Below, one piece after another: positions 48,031 to 61,300 of a stretch of DNA of 64,000 nt. The stretch is taken from positions 310,001 to 374,000 of the forward strand of contig CBFFRQ010000096.1 of the NCBI GenBank assembly GCA_965644315.1, written 5' to 3'. The position numbers and the translations under genes are program-made. Position 1 is the stretch's first letter; every line of letters begins with the position of its first letter. Origin of the DNA: Caecitellus pseudoparvulus (lineage: Eukaryota > Protista > Bigyra: Bicosoecida). The notes below the pieces were generated by a model. That model searched no databases. It was not told the origin of the DNA and worked only from the letters and a program-made list of their open reading frames with translations.

Positions 48031-50391
48031 TCAGGACGCCTGAGCCTTCAGCCACTTGGCGTGGGTCTTCTGGTGGTTCTTGAACAGCTTCGCCGCCTTC
48101 TTCGCCCCTGCCTTGGTCAGGGGTTCGCCCGCCGCGTCTGCTGTCGGCAAGCCGTCCTCCCCGAACTGGGTGTACATCGGGTCGGTCCCATCAGGCACCG
48201 TCAAGGAGGCCATAAACTGCGCTGGCGTCATGGCAGCCACGCGGGCCTTCTCTGCCTGCTCCTTGGCCAGGCGCTCCTTCTCAGCGGCCTTGGCGGCGGC
48301 CTTGGCGGCGGCGGCAGCCTGCTTGGCATCCCGCTCCTTCAGCAGCTCTGCCGGGTCCCCCAGCTTCCAGATGGCAGGGGCGGCAGGGGCGGCGCCACCA
48401 CTTCCCCCTGCCGCGGCAGCAGCAGCAGAGGTCGCACCTGCATCCTCCAGCTGCACGCCCAGTGGCGGCAGGACCTCGTCCCGCAGCGCATCGCAGGCGG
48501 CCAGGATGGCGCCCGTGTCCTTGGCCTTGGCTGCCTCCCGCACAGTGGAGCGGAAGGTGGCCAGCGCGTCCAGGTACGGCGTGAGCAGCTCCTCCTTGCT
48601 GGTGCTGGCGCCGGTGGCCACGTGGCCGATGGGGCGCTGCGGCGCGATGAGCCCGAACAGCTTGAACGTGCGTGTGACGAAGGCGGCGGCATTGTGCAGG
48701 ACGGTGGGCACCGGCGTGCCTTCCGACATGTACTTGTTGGTGTCCCGCACCACCCGCTGCAGCACTCGCATGGCGGTGGGCGTGTCGAAGTCGTCGCACA
48801 GTGCCGCGTGCAGGTCTGCCTGGGCAGCTGCCAGCCCCGACAGCGCTGCCAGCTCACGTGGGCCGTAGTGCTGGGACGCCGCGCCCAAGCCAGCCGCGCC
48901 GCCCTGCAGCGCCCGCAGCTGCACCTTGACGTTGTCGAAGAAGGATGAGAACAGGCGGTCTAGGGCCTCCACCTGCTCCATGCTCTCGCCGGAGTAGTCC
49001 ATGGGCGCGTTGTACTTGTGCATGAGGAAGAGCAGGCGCAAGCTGCGGGCGGAGAACTTCTTCAGCGCCTCGCCGATCTTGATGAAGTTCTTCAGGCTCT
49101 TGCTCATCTTCAGGCCGTCGATGTTCAAGTGCCCGCTGTGCACGAAGTAGTTCACCCACTGCCCGATGCCCAGCGCAGCCTCCGCCTGCGCCAGTTCGTT
49201 GTCGTGGTGGGGGAAGCGCAGGTCCACGCCGCCGGAGTGGATGTCCATGGAGCCCCCCGTCAAGTCCTTCAGCACTGCCGTGGCCATGGCGGAGCACTCG
49301 ATGTGCCAGCCTGGCCGGCCGGGGCCCCAGGGGGACGGCCACGCAGGCTCGCCCTCCTTGCTCGCCTTCCACAGTGCGAAGTCGCTGCTGTCGCGCTTGT
49401 CCTTCAGGCCACTGCTCTGGCTCAGGCGCCCCTCGCCCTCCTCCAGCGCGGCCGAGTTGCCGACGTTCTCAGGCACCAGCTTGCCGTACGCGTGGCCGGA
49501 GGTGCTGGTGGCGCTGAACGCAGGCACGTCAAAGTACACCGATCCCCCTGCAGCGTACGCGAAGCCGCGGTCCATGATGTCCTGGATCATGGCAATGACT
49601 TCCGGGACGTACTCGCTGACGCGTGTGATGGCGTGGGGCGGCAGGACGCCTGCAGGGGTGGGCGGCATCGCAGCGTTTCGCGCACGTTTCAGGAGCCCGT
49701 CAAACTCCGCCGAACGCACCCAGGGCCTTCATGTCGTCCATGAACTCAGCCTCAAAGGTGCGGGACAGTTCGCTGAAGGTCATGCCACGGGCGGCACTGC
49801 GCTCAATGATCTTGTCGTCGATGTCTGCGCGCACAGGCAGCCGGCGCAGTGACGGGTGGCGCAAAGGAACTCTGCGCGGGCAAAGTGGGGCAGCTGCGCA
49901 AAGTCCTGCGACGCACCCGTGATGTTCATGACCAGCGTGACGTCGTAGCCAAAGTAGTCCGTCATGATCCGCCGCAAGATGTCAAAGACGACGTAGGTGC
50001 TGCGGGGGCGGCGGGAGCGGTGGCCCGTGCGGCGTGCACATTCTCACAAGGCGCAGGGCACCAGGCCACGCACCGGGCGTGCCCCATGTGGGCCGAATCA
50101 TACACTGTGGGTCCGCACATGTACCAGGACACCGCCTTGCCCTTCTTGGGGATGAACGGCACCTGCCGTGCAACACGCAGGGAGGGCGGGTGAGGGAACA
50201 GGCACGCCCGACGCGCTGCGGCCGCCTCGCCGCACCTTGCTGCGCGTGAGGCTGTTGTACATGCGCAGGGGGTAGAACGTGTCGTAGAAGGACAGCATGG
50301 AGGGCATGGGAGACGGCATGCGCCACGTCGGCTGCTTGGTCTCCACGACGGCGTCCGCCGGCACTTCGCCGGCCTGCGTAGCGTCAGCCAT
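48031..50391 (-). CDS. CARS: Cytosolic cysteinyl-tRNA synthetase (multi-exon)
   Basis: [29 protein letters not shown] (HIGH), [39 protein letters not shown] and the eukaryotic C-terminal extension. Confidence 0.97.
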
Positions 50392-50657
50392 GGTCGAATT
50401 GCGTGGGCAGGGCGCTGGAGGGCGCGGGGGTGGCGCAGCGTGCAGCACGTGCATCACATCCAGGGCCGCGGCTGGCAGTGTGAGTGTGGTGGGGAAAGTG
50501 CTGCAGGTAGGGGAGTGCGAAAGGCCCCAAGGCCGCCTGCGGAAATTGGGCCGCCACCCAGCCAGAAGACCATGCCCTGCGGCAGCCACATTTCCTGCCC
50601 ACTCTGAACTGCAGCGCGTTGCGTGCTTGGTTCCCTTGGTCATCCCCTGTCGGCACC
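50392..50657. promoter_or_regulatory. Putative bidirectional promoter between CysRS and MPP-beta
   Basis: Divergent start codons at 50391 and 50658, 266 nt apart. Inferred from geometry only. Confidence 0.45.
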
Positions 50658-52295
50658 ATGGCTCTGCGTCTGTCCTCTGCCGCTGTGCGGGCTGCCGTGA
50701 GTTGGGCGGAATGCTCTGCGCCCCCTCGCCCACACCAGCACATCCCCGCCCCGCCCTGCCCCCTGCCAGGCGCAGGCCAGCCGCTGCATGAGCAGCGTGG
50801 CCTCCGCCACACAGGCATACCCCGCACACGTGTTGAATGTGCCCGCCACCGAGGTGACAACCCTGGGCAATGGCGTGCGAGTGGCCACTGAGGTGTGTGC
50901 CTGCGGCAGTGCGGCATCAGCGGCGTCGTATCACGCATGCTCGGTTCCCACGCCTCCCCCCCGCGCAGGGTGGCCACGGAGAGACTGCCACAGTGGGCGT
51001 GTACATTGATGCTGGTAGCCGGTATGAGACCGCTGCCAACAACGGCGTGGCGCACTTCCTGGAGCACATGAACTTCAAGGGTACCAAGAACCGCACCAAG
51101 ACTGGCCTGGAGATGCAGGTGGAGGACATGGGCGGCCACCTGAACGCGTACACGAGCCGGGAGCAGACTGTGTACTACGCCAAGGTGTTGAAGCAGGACG
51201 TGGGCGCTGCCGTGGACCTGCTGGCTGACATGCTCACTGGCAGCAAGTACGACGAGGCCGCCATCGAGGCGGAGCGGGGCGTCATCCTGCGGGAGCTGGA
51301 GGAGGTGTCCAAGATGCCCGAGGAGGTGCGGCGCCAAGGGTCACGCAGACGCTCCCTCCACCACATCACCATGCCCCCTCCCCCCCCCCCCGCAGGTCAT
51401 CTTCGACCAGCTGCACGAGACGGCATACCAGGGCAGCAGCATGGGGTACACCATCCTGGGCTCGCCCGAGAACATCCGCAGCATCAGCCGCGCTGACCTG
51501 CAGAACTTCGTGGACACGCACTACACCGGCCCGCGCATCGTGGTGGCTGGTGCGGGCGCCGTGGAGCACGGCGCCCTCGTGGAGCTGGCCGACAAGGCTT
51601 TCGGCAGCCTGCCCTCCACGCCTGCCTCGGGCAAGGCCGTGGAGCTGCCCCCCGCGCCCTTCGTCGGCTCAGACATCCGCATGCGGGACGACTCCCTGCC
51701 CACCGCCCACGTGGCGCTGGCCTTCGAGACGGGCGGGTGGCTGGACGGCCACGCCTTCCCCATCATGGTGCTGCAGCAGCTGCTGGGGCAGTGGGACCGC
51801 GCAGACGGCAGCGGCGCCAACGTGTCCTCTCCCCTGTGCCGTGAGCTGGCAGCGGGCCCCTACGTGCACAGCGCCTCCACCTTCAACACGACGTACAAGG
51901 ACACAGGCCTCTTCGGCGTGCACTTGGTGGCGGACCCCACCGACGTCTTCACCGCCACCGCCATCGCCATGCACAACCTGGCGCGCCTGGCCACCGACAC
52001 GACAGACGTGGAGGTGCAGCGCGCCAAGCAGCAGCTGGCCACCGCCCTGACCATGAGCCTGGACGGCACCACCGCCGTCTGCGAGGACATCGGGCGCCAG
52101 ATGCTCACGTACGGCCGCCGCATGACGCCTGCTGAGGTGTACGCTCGCATCGCCTCCGTGGACATTGCCGACGTGCAGTCTGCCGCCATGGCCATCATCC
52201 ACGACCAGGACATCGCCGCCGCTGGCCTGGGCAACGTGCACGAGATGCCCGACTACAACTACCTGCGCCGCCGCACATACTTCACCTCCACTTGA
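50658..52295 (+). CDS. PMPCB: Mitochondrial processing peptidase beta subunit (M16)
   Basis: Presequence [29 protein letters not shown] zinc motif, [18 protein letters not shown] and [14 protein letters not shown]; three GT-AG introns. Confidence 0.96.
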
Positions 52296-52317
52296 GCAGG
52301 GCACACAGCGGAGTGGC

Positions 52318-52325
52318 AATGCATT
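52318..52325. terminator. Palindromic AATGCATT, candidate bidirectional 3'-end/poly(A) signal (MPP-beta / ATG9)
   Basis: Lies in the 48-nt gap between convergent stops: 22 nt after the MPP-beta stop and 18 nt after the ATG9 stop. Confidence 0.6.
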
Positions 52326-52343
52326 TCCACGGCGCGACACGGC

Positions 52344-54938
52344 CTACACGCCGTCCCCCGTCACGTACCGCAGCAAGGAGGCTTCGTGGTTCACCGCTAG
52401 GGCCGGTGGCGGCACTGGCTGAGGTGGCGGTGTGGGGGTGCGCTCAGCTGCAGCGCCGGGTGACCCGTCCTCTGAGCCAGGCTGGCTGGACGCGTCCGGC
52501 ACTTCGAACATGATGATGCTCCTGCCTTGGTCGTGCGCAGCGTGTGGCGCCCGGGCACCTGACGCAGCGGCAAGGGGGCGCTGCGACCTCCCTCCCACGA
52601 AGGAGCGGTGCAGCTGGATGGAGCGCTGCAGCGGGTGGGCATGCCCACGCTGTTCACCGCCTGCGCTGGGTGTCGCTGCCATGTGCAGTGCGGAGGCGCC
52701 GCTGCTGGGGCGCAGGCCTGGCAGCGCTGACGCCGCGAGCGACTGCTGGAACTGCTGCTGCACGGCGAGGGACCAGGCCGGGTGTGCGGCGTGGAAAGAG
52801 AGGATGCTGCGCTGCAGCTTCTCGCGGGCCCAGGGTGCCGGGGGAGGGCCAGCCAGCCCGAAGAGAGCGGGCGTGCAGACGGCTCCCACTCCTTGCACCT
52901 CCGTCACATTCTGACGCAGGAAGTCCGTGATGTCGGGGGCAGCCAGTGGCAGCAGCCAGGCACAGACGAGGGGCGCTGCCGCGACGCTGGCCACCTCCTG
53001 CAGCAGGCTGGCCAGGCGGAAGGGGAAGAGGTCCATGAAGGCATCCCGCACAGCAGCGGTGCCGGCGCGGCCCTCCCACTCAGCCGGCGCAAAGTGCGTG
53101 AAGGCCACCACCTCCCCCATGGCCTCGGTGGGGTTCACCACTGTCTCTTCGGGCGCAGGCACCAGGCTTCGAGCCGCTGCCAGCACGGCACTGGCCATGG
53201 CCAGGTACCACAGCAGGTTCCGGTCACCCAGCGTCACATGCAAGAGCAGCTGGTCGTCCACCAGCGTCAGCAGCAGCAGCGCCAGCACGACGGTGCCGGC
53301 GAGGAAGGCGACACCCTTGCCCACCACAGCCATGGTGGCGTTGGGGAACTGGCGCAGGTAGGTGGTTGCAGGCACCAACCCCGCGTTCAGGCGGCGCCGG
53401 AACAGGTGTGGCAGCTCGTTCAGTTCCCGGAAGGCCCACTCAGCAGCATGGGACCAGCCACGGGGCCCCAGCACGTCCTTCTTCGCGTGCCAGTCCTCTG
53501 CGTGCTGGATGATGTGGCGCAGAATGTCCACTGGCAGGCGCAGCGGCAGGGAAAGGCAGGCGAAGGCGCTGATCCAGGCCAGGTTCCGGCGCAGGCGGGC
53601 GGAGTTCTTGGTGTAGGCAGGCAGCAGGCGGCCAGAGCCTGGCTCCAGCATGACGTCCAGCAGTGCCGTGCGCACGTTCCAGTGCAGGGTGTGGGTGAGG
53701 GGGCAGGGGCAGTGGCAGGCCCAGGGTGAAGCGGGGACGGGGAGCGAGGAGGGGGGCGGCATGGCGGGTGCTGCGGCGTGGTCAGCTGGCGCACGGCCGG
53801 CAGCACAGCTGTCACTGCGCGCCAGGTGCAGGGGGGGGGGGTTCCTTGGCGAGGCGGAGTGGGTGTGGAGTGGGCTGGCGGGGCCGCTGCGGGGGGGTGG
53901 TGGGCAGGCGCCTCCCCGCGCAGCGCGCACCTGAGCTCGCCCGACGTGGGGCGTGCAGCCTGCGCCCTGGGCGTGGCAAGGCAGGCGCAGCGTGCAGGCG
54001 AGGTCCAGCAGCCCCTCGTTCACGAGGCCCACCATGAAGTTGTCCCGCTGCATAATGCGCGCAGCGACGTACTGAGGCAGCAGCAAGCCCTGCGTCCGCT
54101 TGCCGATGCGGGCGCCTGGGAAGGAAGTGTCCATGCCCAGAGCGCTGAGTTTGCGGCGCACCTGGGGTCGCTCCAGGATGCCCAGGATGTCCCCCCACTC
54201 CGCTGCGGCCAAGTCTTCGTCAGGCAGGTGCATGGTGTGCGCCAGGATGCGGTGCCAGAACCAGGCCCGGCGCACGCTGTGCACGGCCGCGACGGCAGAC
54301 CACAGCCACCACAGCAGCAGGACGAAGCAGTACACCATGAACACGACGTCGCCAGCGTGGGGCGCGCGCAGGACGTCAGTCCTGGCGAATGACTCCAGTG
54401 GCTGCGCAAGGAGGCGCAGCATGGCTTGTGGCGGCTGAACGCAGCGGGCGCGACGCAGGCAGGCTCACCCCACAGAACTCAGGCGCGCCATCTGTGCACT
54501 TCATGAGCCGATCCCAGCGCACGAACAGGAATGCCCACGCCAGGAACACGATGATGGCACCAAGAGACCTGTGCAGGTGGCCAAGCAAATTCCGCATCGC
54601 AGGCGTGGCGTTGGCGGCAAGTGCGCACGACTCACAGCAAGTGCACGAGGAAGGTCAGCAGGATGTTCACAAAGCCTTTCTCGCTGAAGTACCAGTACAG
54701 CTCGCGCAGGAATTCTCCGCCAGGCACAGCCCTCGCCCGTTTGCCGGCCTGTGGCGTTTCACACAGCACAAAGAGCCCGGTGCGTGCGAGTGTGCCAGGC
54801 GGCTGCCCCTTTGCGCCCACGCACCGCTGGCTGGACAGGAGAGTCTGGAAGGCCTGACACTTCTACGTCCCGGATGCTGCCATAGTCGGCTGCGGCGCTG
54901 TCGTGCTGGGTGAGGGGCGCGGACAACTCAGTGTCCAT
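52344..54938 (-). CDS. ATG9: Autophagy lipid scramblase ATG9
   Basis: LYWYFSEKGF, RIMQRDNFMVGLVN, GPRGWS..AEWAFRELNELPHLFRRRLN, YLRQFP, HFAP-x-x-W and VQGVGAVC. Probable ATG 54938; several introns. Confidence 0.92.
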
Positions 54939-55363
54939 GTGGCGAAGCTGCGAGCCAGACGCGCCCTCGACTTGAATGACCCAGCGAGTGGCAGCCAAAG
55001 GATGCAAGTCCTGCAGGGAATCAACAATCGTGGCAAATCGGTTGAACAGATGTGTGGGTGCGTGTGAAAGGATTTGGCGGGGCGCCGGCTCGTGTCTGGG
55101 TGGGCTCGCAGGTGAATTTCCGCAAGCGCACACTTCGCAAGCGCCGACGAATTGACGCAGGCACTAAATTGCTGGGAGCCACAGTGCACCAGTCACGCCT
55201 TGTACCAAGCACACCCGGGCCACCGCCTGCACCTGCCCCCGCCCAGCAGTGGGGTGGTTGCTGAGCAGGAGAAAGCCGAGTTGACATCGCGCATCAGCAG
55301 CACCTCGTCGCGGCCGCCTGCAGCTGCTCCACTCACGGCCACACAGCGAGGCCAAGGCCAGCC

Positions 55364-58300
55364 ATGGCAGGAATTCGACCGATGAGTCGTGCCGAGCGAG
55401 CGGCAGCCTTCGGCATTGACTGTGGCGGTGGCATTCACTGGCGGGGGGGCACCTGGAGCCCTGGTGGCGAGTACTCTGGCAAGCTGACGGTGAAGAACGT
55501 CTCCATGCGCATGCAGAAGGTGCGGTACGAGCTGCCGAAGACCAAGATCTTCTTCATGGAGTTCCCAGACACACTCGTGCTGTCGTCCGGCATGTCCGTG
55601 CAGCTGGAGGTGCGCTTCCGGCCCGTGCGCCTGACCGCCTACTCCGACAGTATCACCTTCACCACTGAGCAGGGCGCCTTCTCCGTGCCCATCACCGCCT
55701 CCCTGCCGCGCCTGGCAGTGGAGCCGCCGGAAGACGTCGCCTTCGGCACGGTGCCCGTGAACGAGACGTCGGTGGCGCCCCTCACCCTGCGCAACGTGGG
55801 AGAAGTGCCAGCCTCCATCGCCTGGGAGGTGCCAGCACCCTTCGCAGTGGCCCCTGCTCGGGCGGTGCTGCAGCCGGACAGCACCATGCAAGTGCAGGCC
55901 AGTGTGCTGCCCAGCGCGGCTGCCGTCCTGCAGGGCACGGCAGTGTGCCACGTCACGGCCGACGGCGCCCGCAGCACGTACCATGTGTCCCTCTCCGCCA
56001 CCAGCCGCTTCCAGTTCATCAAGCTGTCCACAGAGGTGGTGGACCTCGGCGATGCGCTGATCCGGGATGGCGGCAAGCCGTACACCACCCCCATCACGCT
56101 GTCCAACGTCGGGCCTGTCCCCGCCACCGTCACCCTCGTGCCCCTGGAGCGCCAGGCGACGGCACATGTCAAGGTGCACCCTGAAGCGGCGGCGCTGCCT
56201 GCAGGCGGCAGCACCACCTTCACCGTGCAGTACACGCCTGCCGTGCATGGCATGTTCACGCTGGAGCGCTTTCAATTCCGCACGCCGGGCGGCAACGCAG
56301 CCCAGCTCACCGTCACGGGGCGTGCTGTGGGGCCGACAGTGACGCTGGAGCGCAAAGACCCCTCCACTGGCACCAGCGCCAAGGGCGGGCAGACGAGTGA
56401 TGGCGATGTCGCTGAGCCGCTGGCGCTCAGCACCACTCTCCTGACGGCCGGCGTGGGGCAGGGGCGCGGCGGCAGCAACCCCCTCTCCTTCAATTTCGGC
56501 GACATCGACGTCGGCACCAGCTGCACCCGCGTCGTGACGCTGCGCAACCACAGCAAGACCACTGCCTTCTTCGCATTCGACGCCGCTCAGGGAGGCGTCT
56601 TCGACTTTGCCGTGGCTCAAGGCAGCGTGCCCGCCCAGCTGTACACGCACGTCGTGGTGACCTTCACGCCGCCCAGCGCAGGCACCTTCTACCGCCGTGT
56701 GCTGTGCCTGGTGCGCGACAGCACGCCGGTGTTCGCAGACTTCTTCGGCAGCGGCAAGGACGCCACACACCGCCCCATGCCGCTGCGCCAGCGCCACATC
56801 GACGCATACCGCCTGCGCCCGCCACCCGTGCTCCTGCTGCCCCCCCAACACGTCACCTCCATCGCCAATGCCCTGCTGGCACGAGCCAGTGCGGCAGCGC
56901 AGGCTGGTGACCCGGCCTTGGCGGGGTGGCTCGCCACGACCGCCCCTGCAGCTGCTGCAAAGCCCCCACCTGTGGGCAGTGGAGACGGCATGGACGCTGA
57001 CTTTGAGGCTCTGCTGGGGGAGTCCAAGGGAGTGGCGGCGGCGCCCCCCGGCACCCGTGAGGCCGGGGCGGCAGGGGGCCTGTCCCTCTGGCGCCTGCCT
57101 CTGCACTTGTTGGAGGGGGATGACGCCGCAGCCGAGACACTGGTGCAGGTGCACGAAGCGGCGTCAGGCGGTGGCGGCGGCGGCGGGCACGGCGCCGGCA
57201 CAGCGGAGGCGGCGGTGGTGGGCAAGGCCATCCGCATTGGCGCCCGGGCGCCGTTCGGGCTGGTGTCCCGCACCACCCTGCTGCAGGAGCGAGAGCTGTC
57301 CCTCACCACCATGGGCGCTGCTGAGGTGACGCGGTCGGGGGACATGAGCCGGGCCGCCGCGGCACTGCTGGACGCACACTTCCAGCCGCAAGACCACTCC
57401 ACTGCGCCGCTGGCCCTGCTGGTGGAGCGCGTGGACTTTGGCCACACCGCCATGGGCGCACCCGTCACACGCAAGGTGCGCCTGGCCAACCGCACGAAGG
57501 GCAAGATGACAGTCACGTGGGCTGTGCCGCGGTCAGCGTATGCTGCAGGGGAGGCTGGTGGCGCTGACTTCGCCGTGCGCCCCCTGGTGCAGGACATCGA
57601 CGCGGAGAGCGAGGGCGAGTTCGTGCTGTCCTTCACGCCCACCGCTGACAACGTGTACTTCGCACAGCAGCTGGAGGCCTTCGTGTCCCCCAAGCCCAAC
57701 CGCACCTTCCGCCTGGTGGACGACGTCAGCTTGACGCCGCCTGTGTGCCTGCCGCTTACCGTGCGGGGACACACCTTCTCGGGCCTGGGGCAGTTCTTGC
57801 CTCGTGTGGCGTGCTCCCTGGGCGGCGGGCACAGCCACAAGGTGGTGCTGCCCACTGCCATGCTGGGGGACTCCACCCACACCACCTTCCAGCTGACCAA
57901 CGAGGGCGACACCCCTGCCACCTTTGACTTTGGCGAGGCCGGCGATGGCGTGTGGGCCGTCAAGCCTGCCTCAGGCATCATCCAGCCCGGCGCCTTTGCC
58001 CTCGTGACCCTGCGCTTCACTCCATCAGCGCCACGAACCTTCACGCACACCCTCACCTGCCGCCTGAACGGTGGGGACACACACACCCTCACATTGCACC
58101 TGCTGGGCACGGGCGGCCTGCCCCGCCTGCAGCTGCCGCGGGATGGGCTTGTCTTCGTCAAGCCAACGTGCGTGGGGGTGGCTTCCCACGCCACAGCACG
58201 CCTGCACAACCCCACCCACCTGCCACTGCGCTATCGCCTCGTGCTGCCAGAGGATGCCGCGCGGCAGGGCGTGCTGTCCGCGACGCCCCTGGAGGGGGAG

Positions 58301-61300
58301 CTGGCCGGCAATGCGTTCGAGGACGTTGTGCTGCGTTTCGCTCCGCAGGCGGCGGGGGACCATGCGTTGAAAGTGGGCGTGGAGGTGTTCCCCGCCGGGC
58401 GCATGGATGCAGACTGGGCCGTGGGGCAGACCTCCCTGGACCGCCTGCCCACCGGCACGGGGTACGCCGCGTATGCGTTCACAGGGGGGCACATCTCATC
58501 GGGGGCAGTCAAGGTGGGCGGCCGTGTGCCCACGGCGCGCTTGGAGGATGTCAGCCCGCCCACTGAGGGAGTGGCGCCGCTGCAGCGCCTGACGCTGCTG
58601 GTGCTGAGCGAGGGCACGGGGGGTGCACTGCAGTTCACGCCGCCCGCCCTGGACTTCGGCACGGCCCTCGTGGGCAGCACCCTGCATCGCAGTGTGGCCC
58701 TGCACAACATCTCCGATTGCACGCTGCACTTCCGGGTGGGCGCCTTCGTGCAGCGGCGGGGGGCGAGGGGCGTGCCGCCGGTGGATGCCCGAGCGTCTCT
58801 GGACGGCACTGCCGGCGTGGCGGCGGTGGACCCCCCCACTGCAGACAGCGAGCCTGACTCAGACGAGGAGGGCGAGGAGCCGGGGAAGGGTGCCGCCGCT
58901 GCCGCAGCTGCCCTGGCCGCCACGTCAGCTGACATGGGCCTCGCCAGCACTTCTGCGGGGGACGCGCTGCTGGACAAGGCGTCCCAGGTGCCGCTGCTGC
59001 AGCTGGACCCGCCTTGCGGAGTGGTGCCTGCCCACGCCAAGGTGCAGATGGACGTGGCCTTCACCCCCCCCGACGCGGCAGAGTACTCCTTCAGCCTCTT
59101 CTACCTCATCGTGTCCGAGGCAGAAGTGGCCAGCGGGGAGGCCGCCACGCCCCTGCTCCTGCTGCCAGGCGAGGATGGCTCCTTCCGCCCCCTGGACCTG
59201 CCAGCACCACAGGCAGCAGGGGACACGCCCGCCATCAGCGGGCCTGCCCTGGACATCGCGGCCTCTGCTGCTGCCGCGCTGGCGCACGCTCAAGCGGCGG
59301 CGGGGGGAGGTGCCGCACACCCTGCTGGGGAGGAGGGCGCCAGCACGCCCCCTCCCGACACGCAGCTGGCAGCAGGCAGCGCCACGACGCTGGCAGCCTT
59401 TGACCCCCTGCCCATCGCGCAGCGGGGACTGGTGCCGCCCAACACCGACCCGCTGTGGTGCCACGCCACCGCCAAGGGCGGGTACCCCAGTGTCACCATC
59501 GAGGACGCCCGGGCACTGTGCAGTCGAGACGCCCTACTGTACATGTTCCCATCCCCGCCCGCGCCTGTGGCAGGGGGGGGCAGTGTCGTGGGCGGCGAGG
59601 CCATCACGCTGCCCCTGCCACCCGCCCTGGCCCGTGCACTGGCCCTCTCCCCCGCTAACCGTGCCATCTCGGAGGAGCACTTCTCGGCGGTGGGGGACAT
59701 GCCCCATGCCGTCGCCCTCATGGCGGCAGCGGGCGTGGACGTGGAGGTGCAGCTGGCCGTGACGCCGGATGGCACGGCCCTGGCCAGCACGGCGCTGGGC
59801 CAGACGGGCAACGGCGGACTGGCCAGCGGTGGCGCAGGCTCCGCGGTGGACGGCATCCCCGTCGGCGGCAATGCCGTCGGCGGCTGGGGCTTCTTCACCT
59901 TCGGGCCCTACTTGAACGTGCCTGAATTCGAGCCGTTGCTGGCGGGGGCAGTGCGCCCGCCGCCCCCCCTGCACCCCATCGCAGACATCTCCTGGACGCC
60001 GGGGGATGTGGCTGGGCAGCGGGGGGGTGCCATGGGCGGCACGGCTGGCGTGGGCGGCTTCTGGGGCCCTGATGCGCGGGACGTGCTGACGGGTGTTCTG
60101 GCGGAACACGCGGGGGACTCGTGGGAGATGGACGCTGCCCGCGCGACAGATGCCGCCGTGCTGGGCGAGGCAGGACCTGGCGCGCGCTCCACCGTCAGCA
60201 GCCGCAAGGGCGTCCTAGGGCGCCCCCTGCCCGACGCAGGCGTGCACGTGGACCCCCAGCCGGCAGTGGGCTCCCCCGCCCTCCTGTGGCGGCAGCTGTC
60301 CCTGTCTGGGCTCAATGCGCACTTGGCGCGGAGCCTGACGCCTGGCGAGCGCTCCTTCAACCGTGCCACGCGCAACGAGACGGCAGCACACACGCTCAAG
60401 ACGTACACGATGGAGTTCACGCCGGCACCGCTGGGGTCCCCCCCCGAAGTCATCCTGCTGTCCCTCCGCAACAACGGCCACCTGCCTGCCGTGCTGGACT
60501 TCCGCTTCACCCACGCCCACGAATTCGACGTGGAGCCGTGGGCGGAAGTCGCGGCGCCCTCCACCTCCGCCGTGCAAGTGGCTGAGCTGGTCGCCCGGCG
60601 AGTGGTGGACGTGCAGCCGCGCCGTGCCGCTCTGCAGCCCGGCGAGTCCGTCACCATCCGCCTGCACTACGCGTACGTGACCAGCCTGAACGGCGGCCGG
60701 CACGACGTCGCCGTCATCCTGCGCCTGGCGCAAGGCAAGCAGGTGCGCCTGCTGCTGCGAGGGCGCACCCTGAACCCCGCCTTCCCCCACCTGTACCTGG
60801 GGCTGCCGCGGGGTGTCCACCGCCTGGCGGCCGTGCCCCTGGCCTGCGCAGAGGTGCCCTTCCAACCTGTCCTCCTGCGCAACCCGTCCGCTGTGGCGCT
60901 GGCCTTCACCCTGGACCCCGCCTCCCTCCAGGACCTGGCGGCAGACAACTATGGCTTCCCCGTGTTCACTGCTGTGGCGGTGGACCCGGCAACCGCCCGC
61001 GCTGCCGCCCGAGCCAAGGCTGTCACGGCAGGCACGCCTCCTGGTGCAGATGCAGCGACGCTGCTGGAGCTCGACACTGCTCTGCACCGCGGCATCATCC
61101 CCGCAGGGGGCCACACCACCATCTGGGTGCGTTTCCAACCCCTGGAGGCGGTGGAGTACCGGTCGCGCCTTCGCATCGCGTACAGCTTCGCGGCGCTGCA
61201 GGATGAAGAGTGGGCTGCCGCTGCCGCAGACGCCGTGCAGCGCACCGCAGACGCAGAGGCGGAGGCTGCCGAGTCAGGCATGTTTGGTGAGGGGGCAGGG

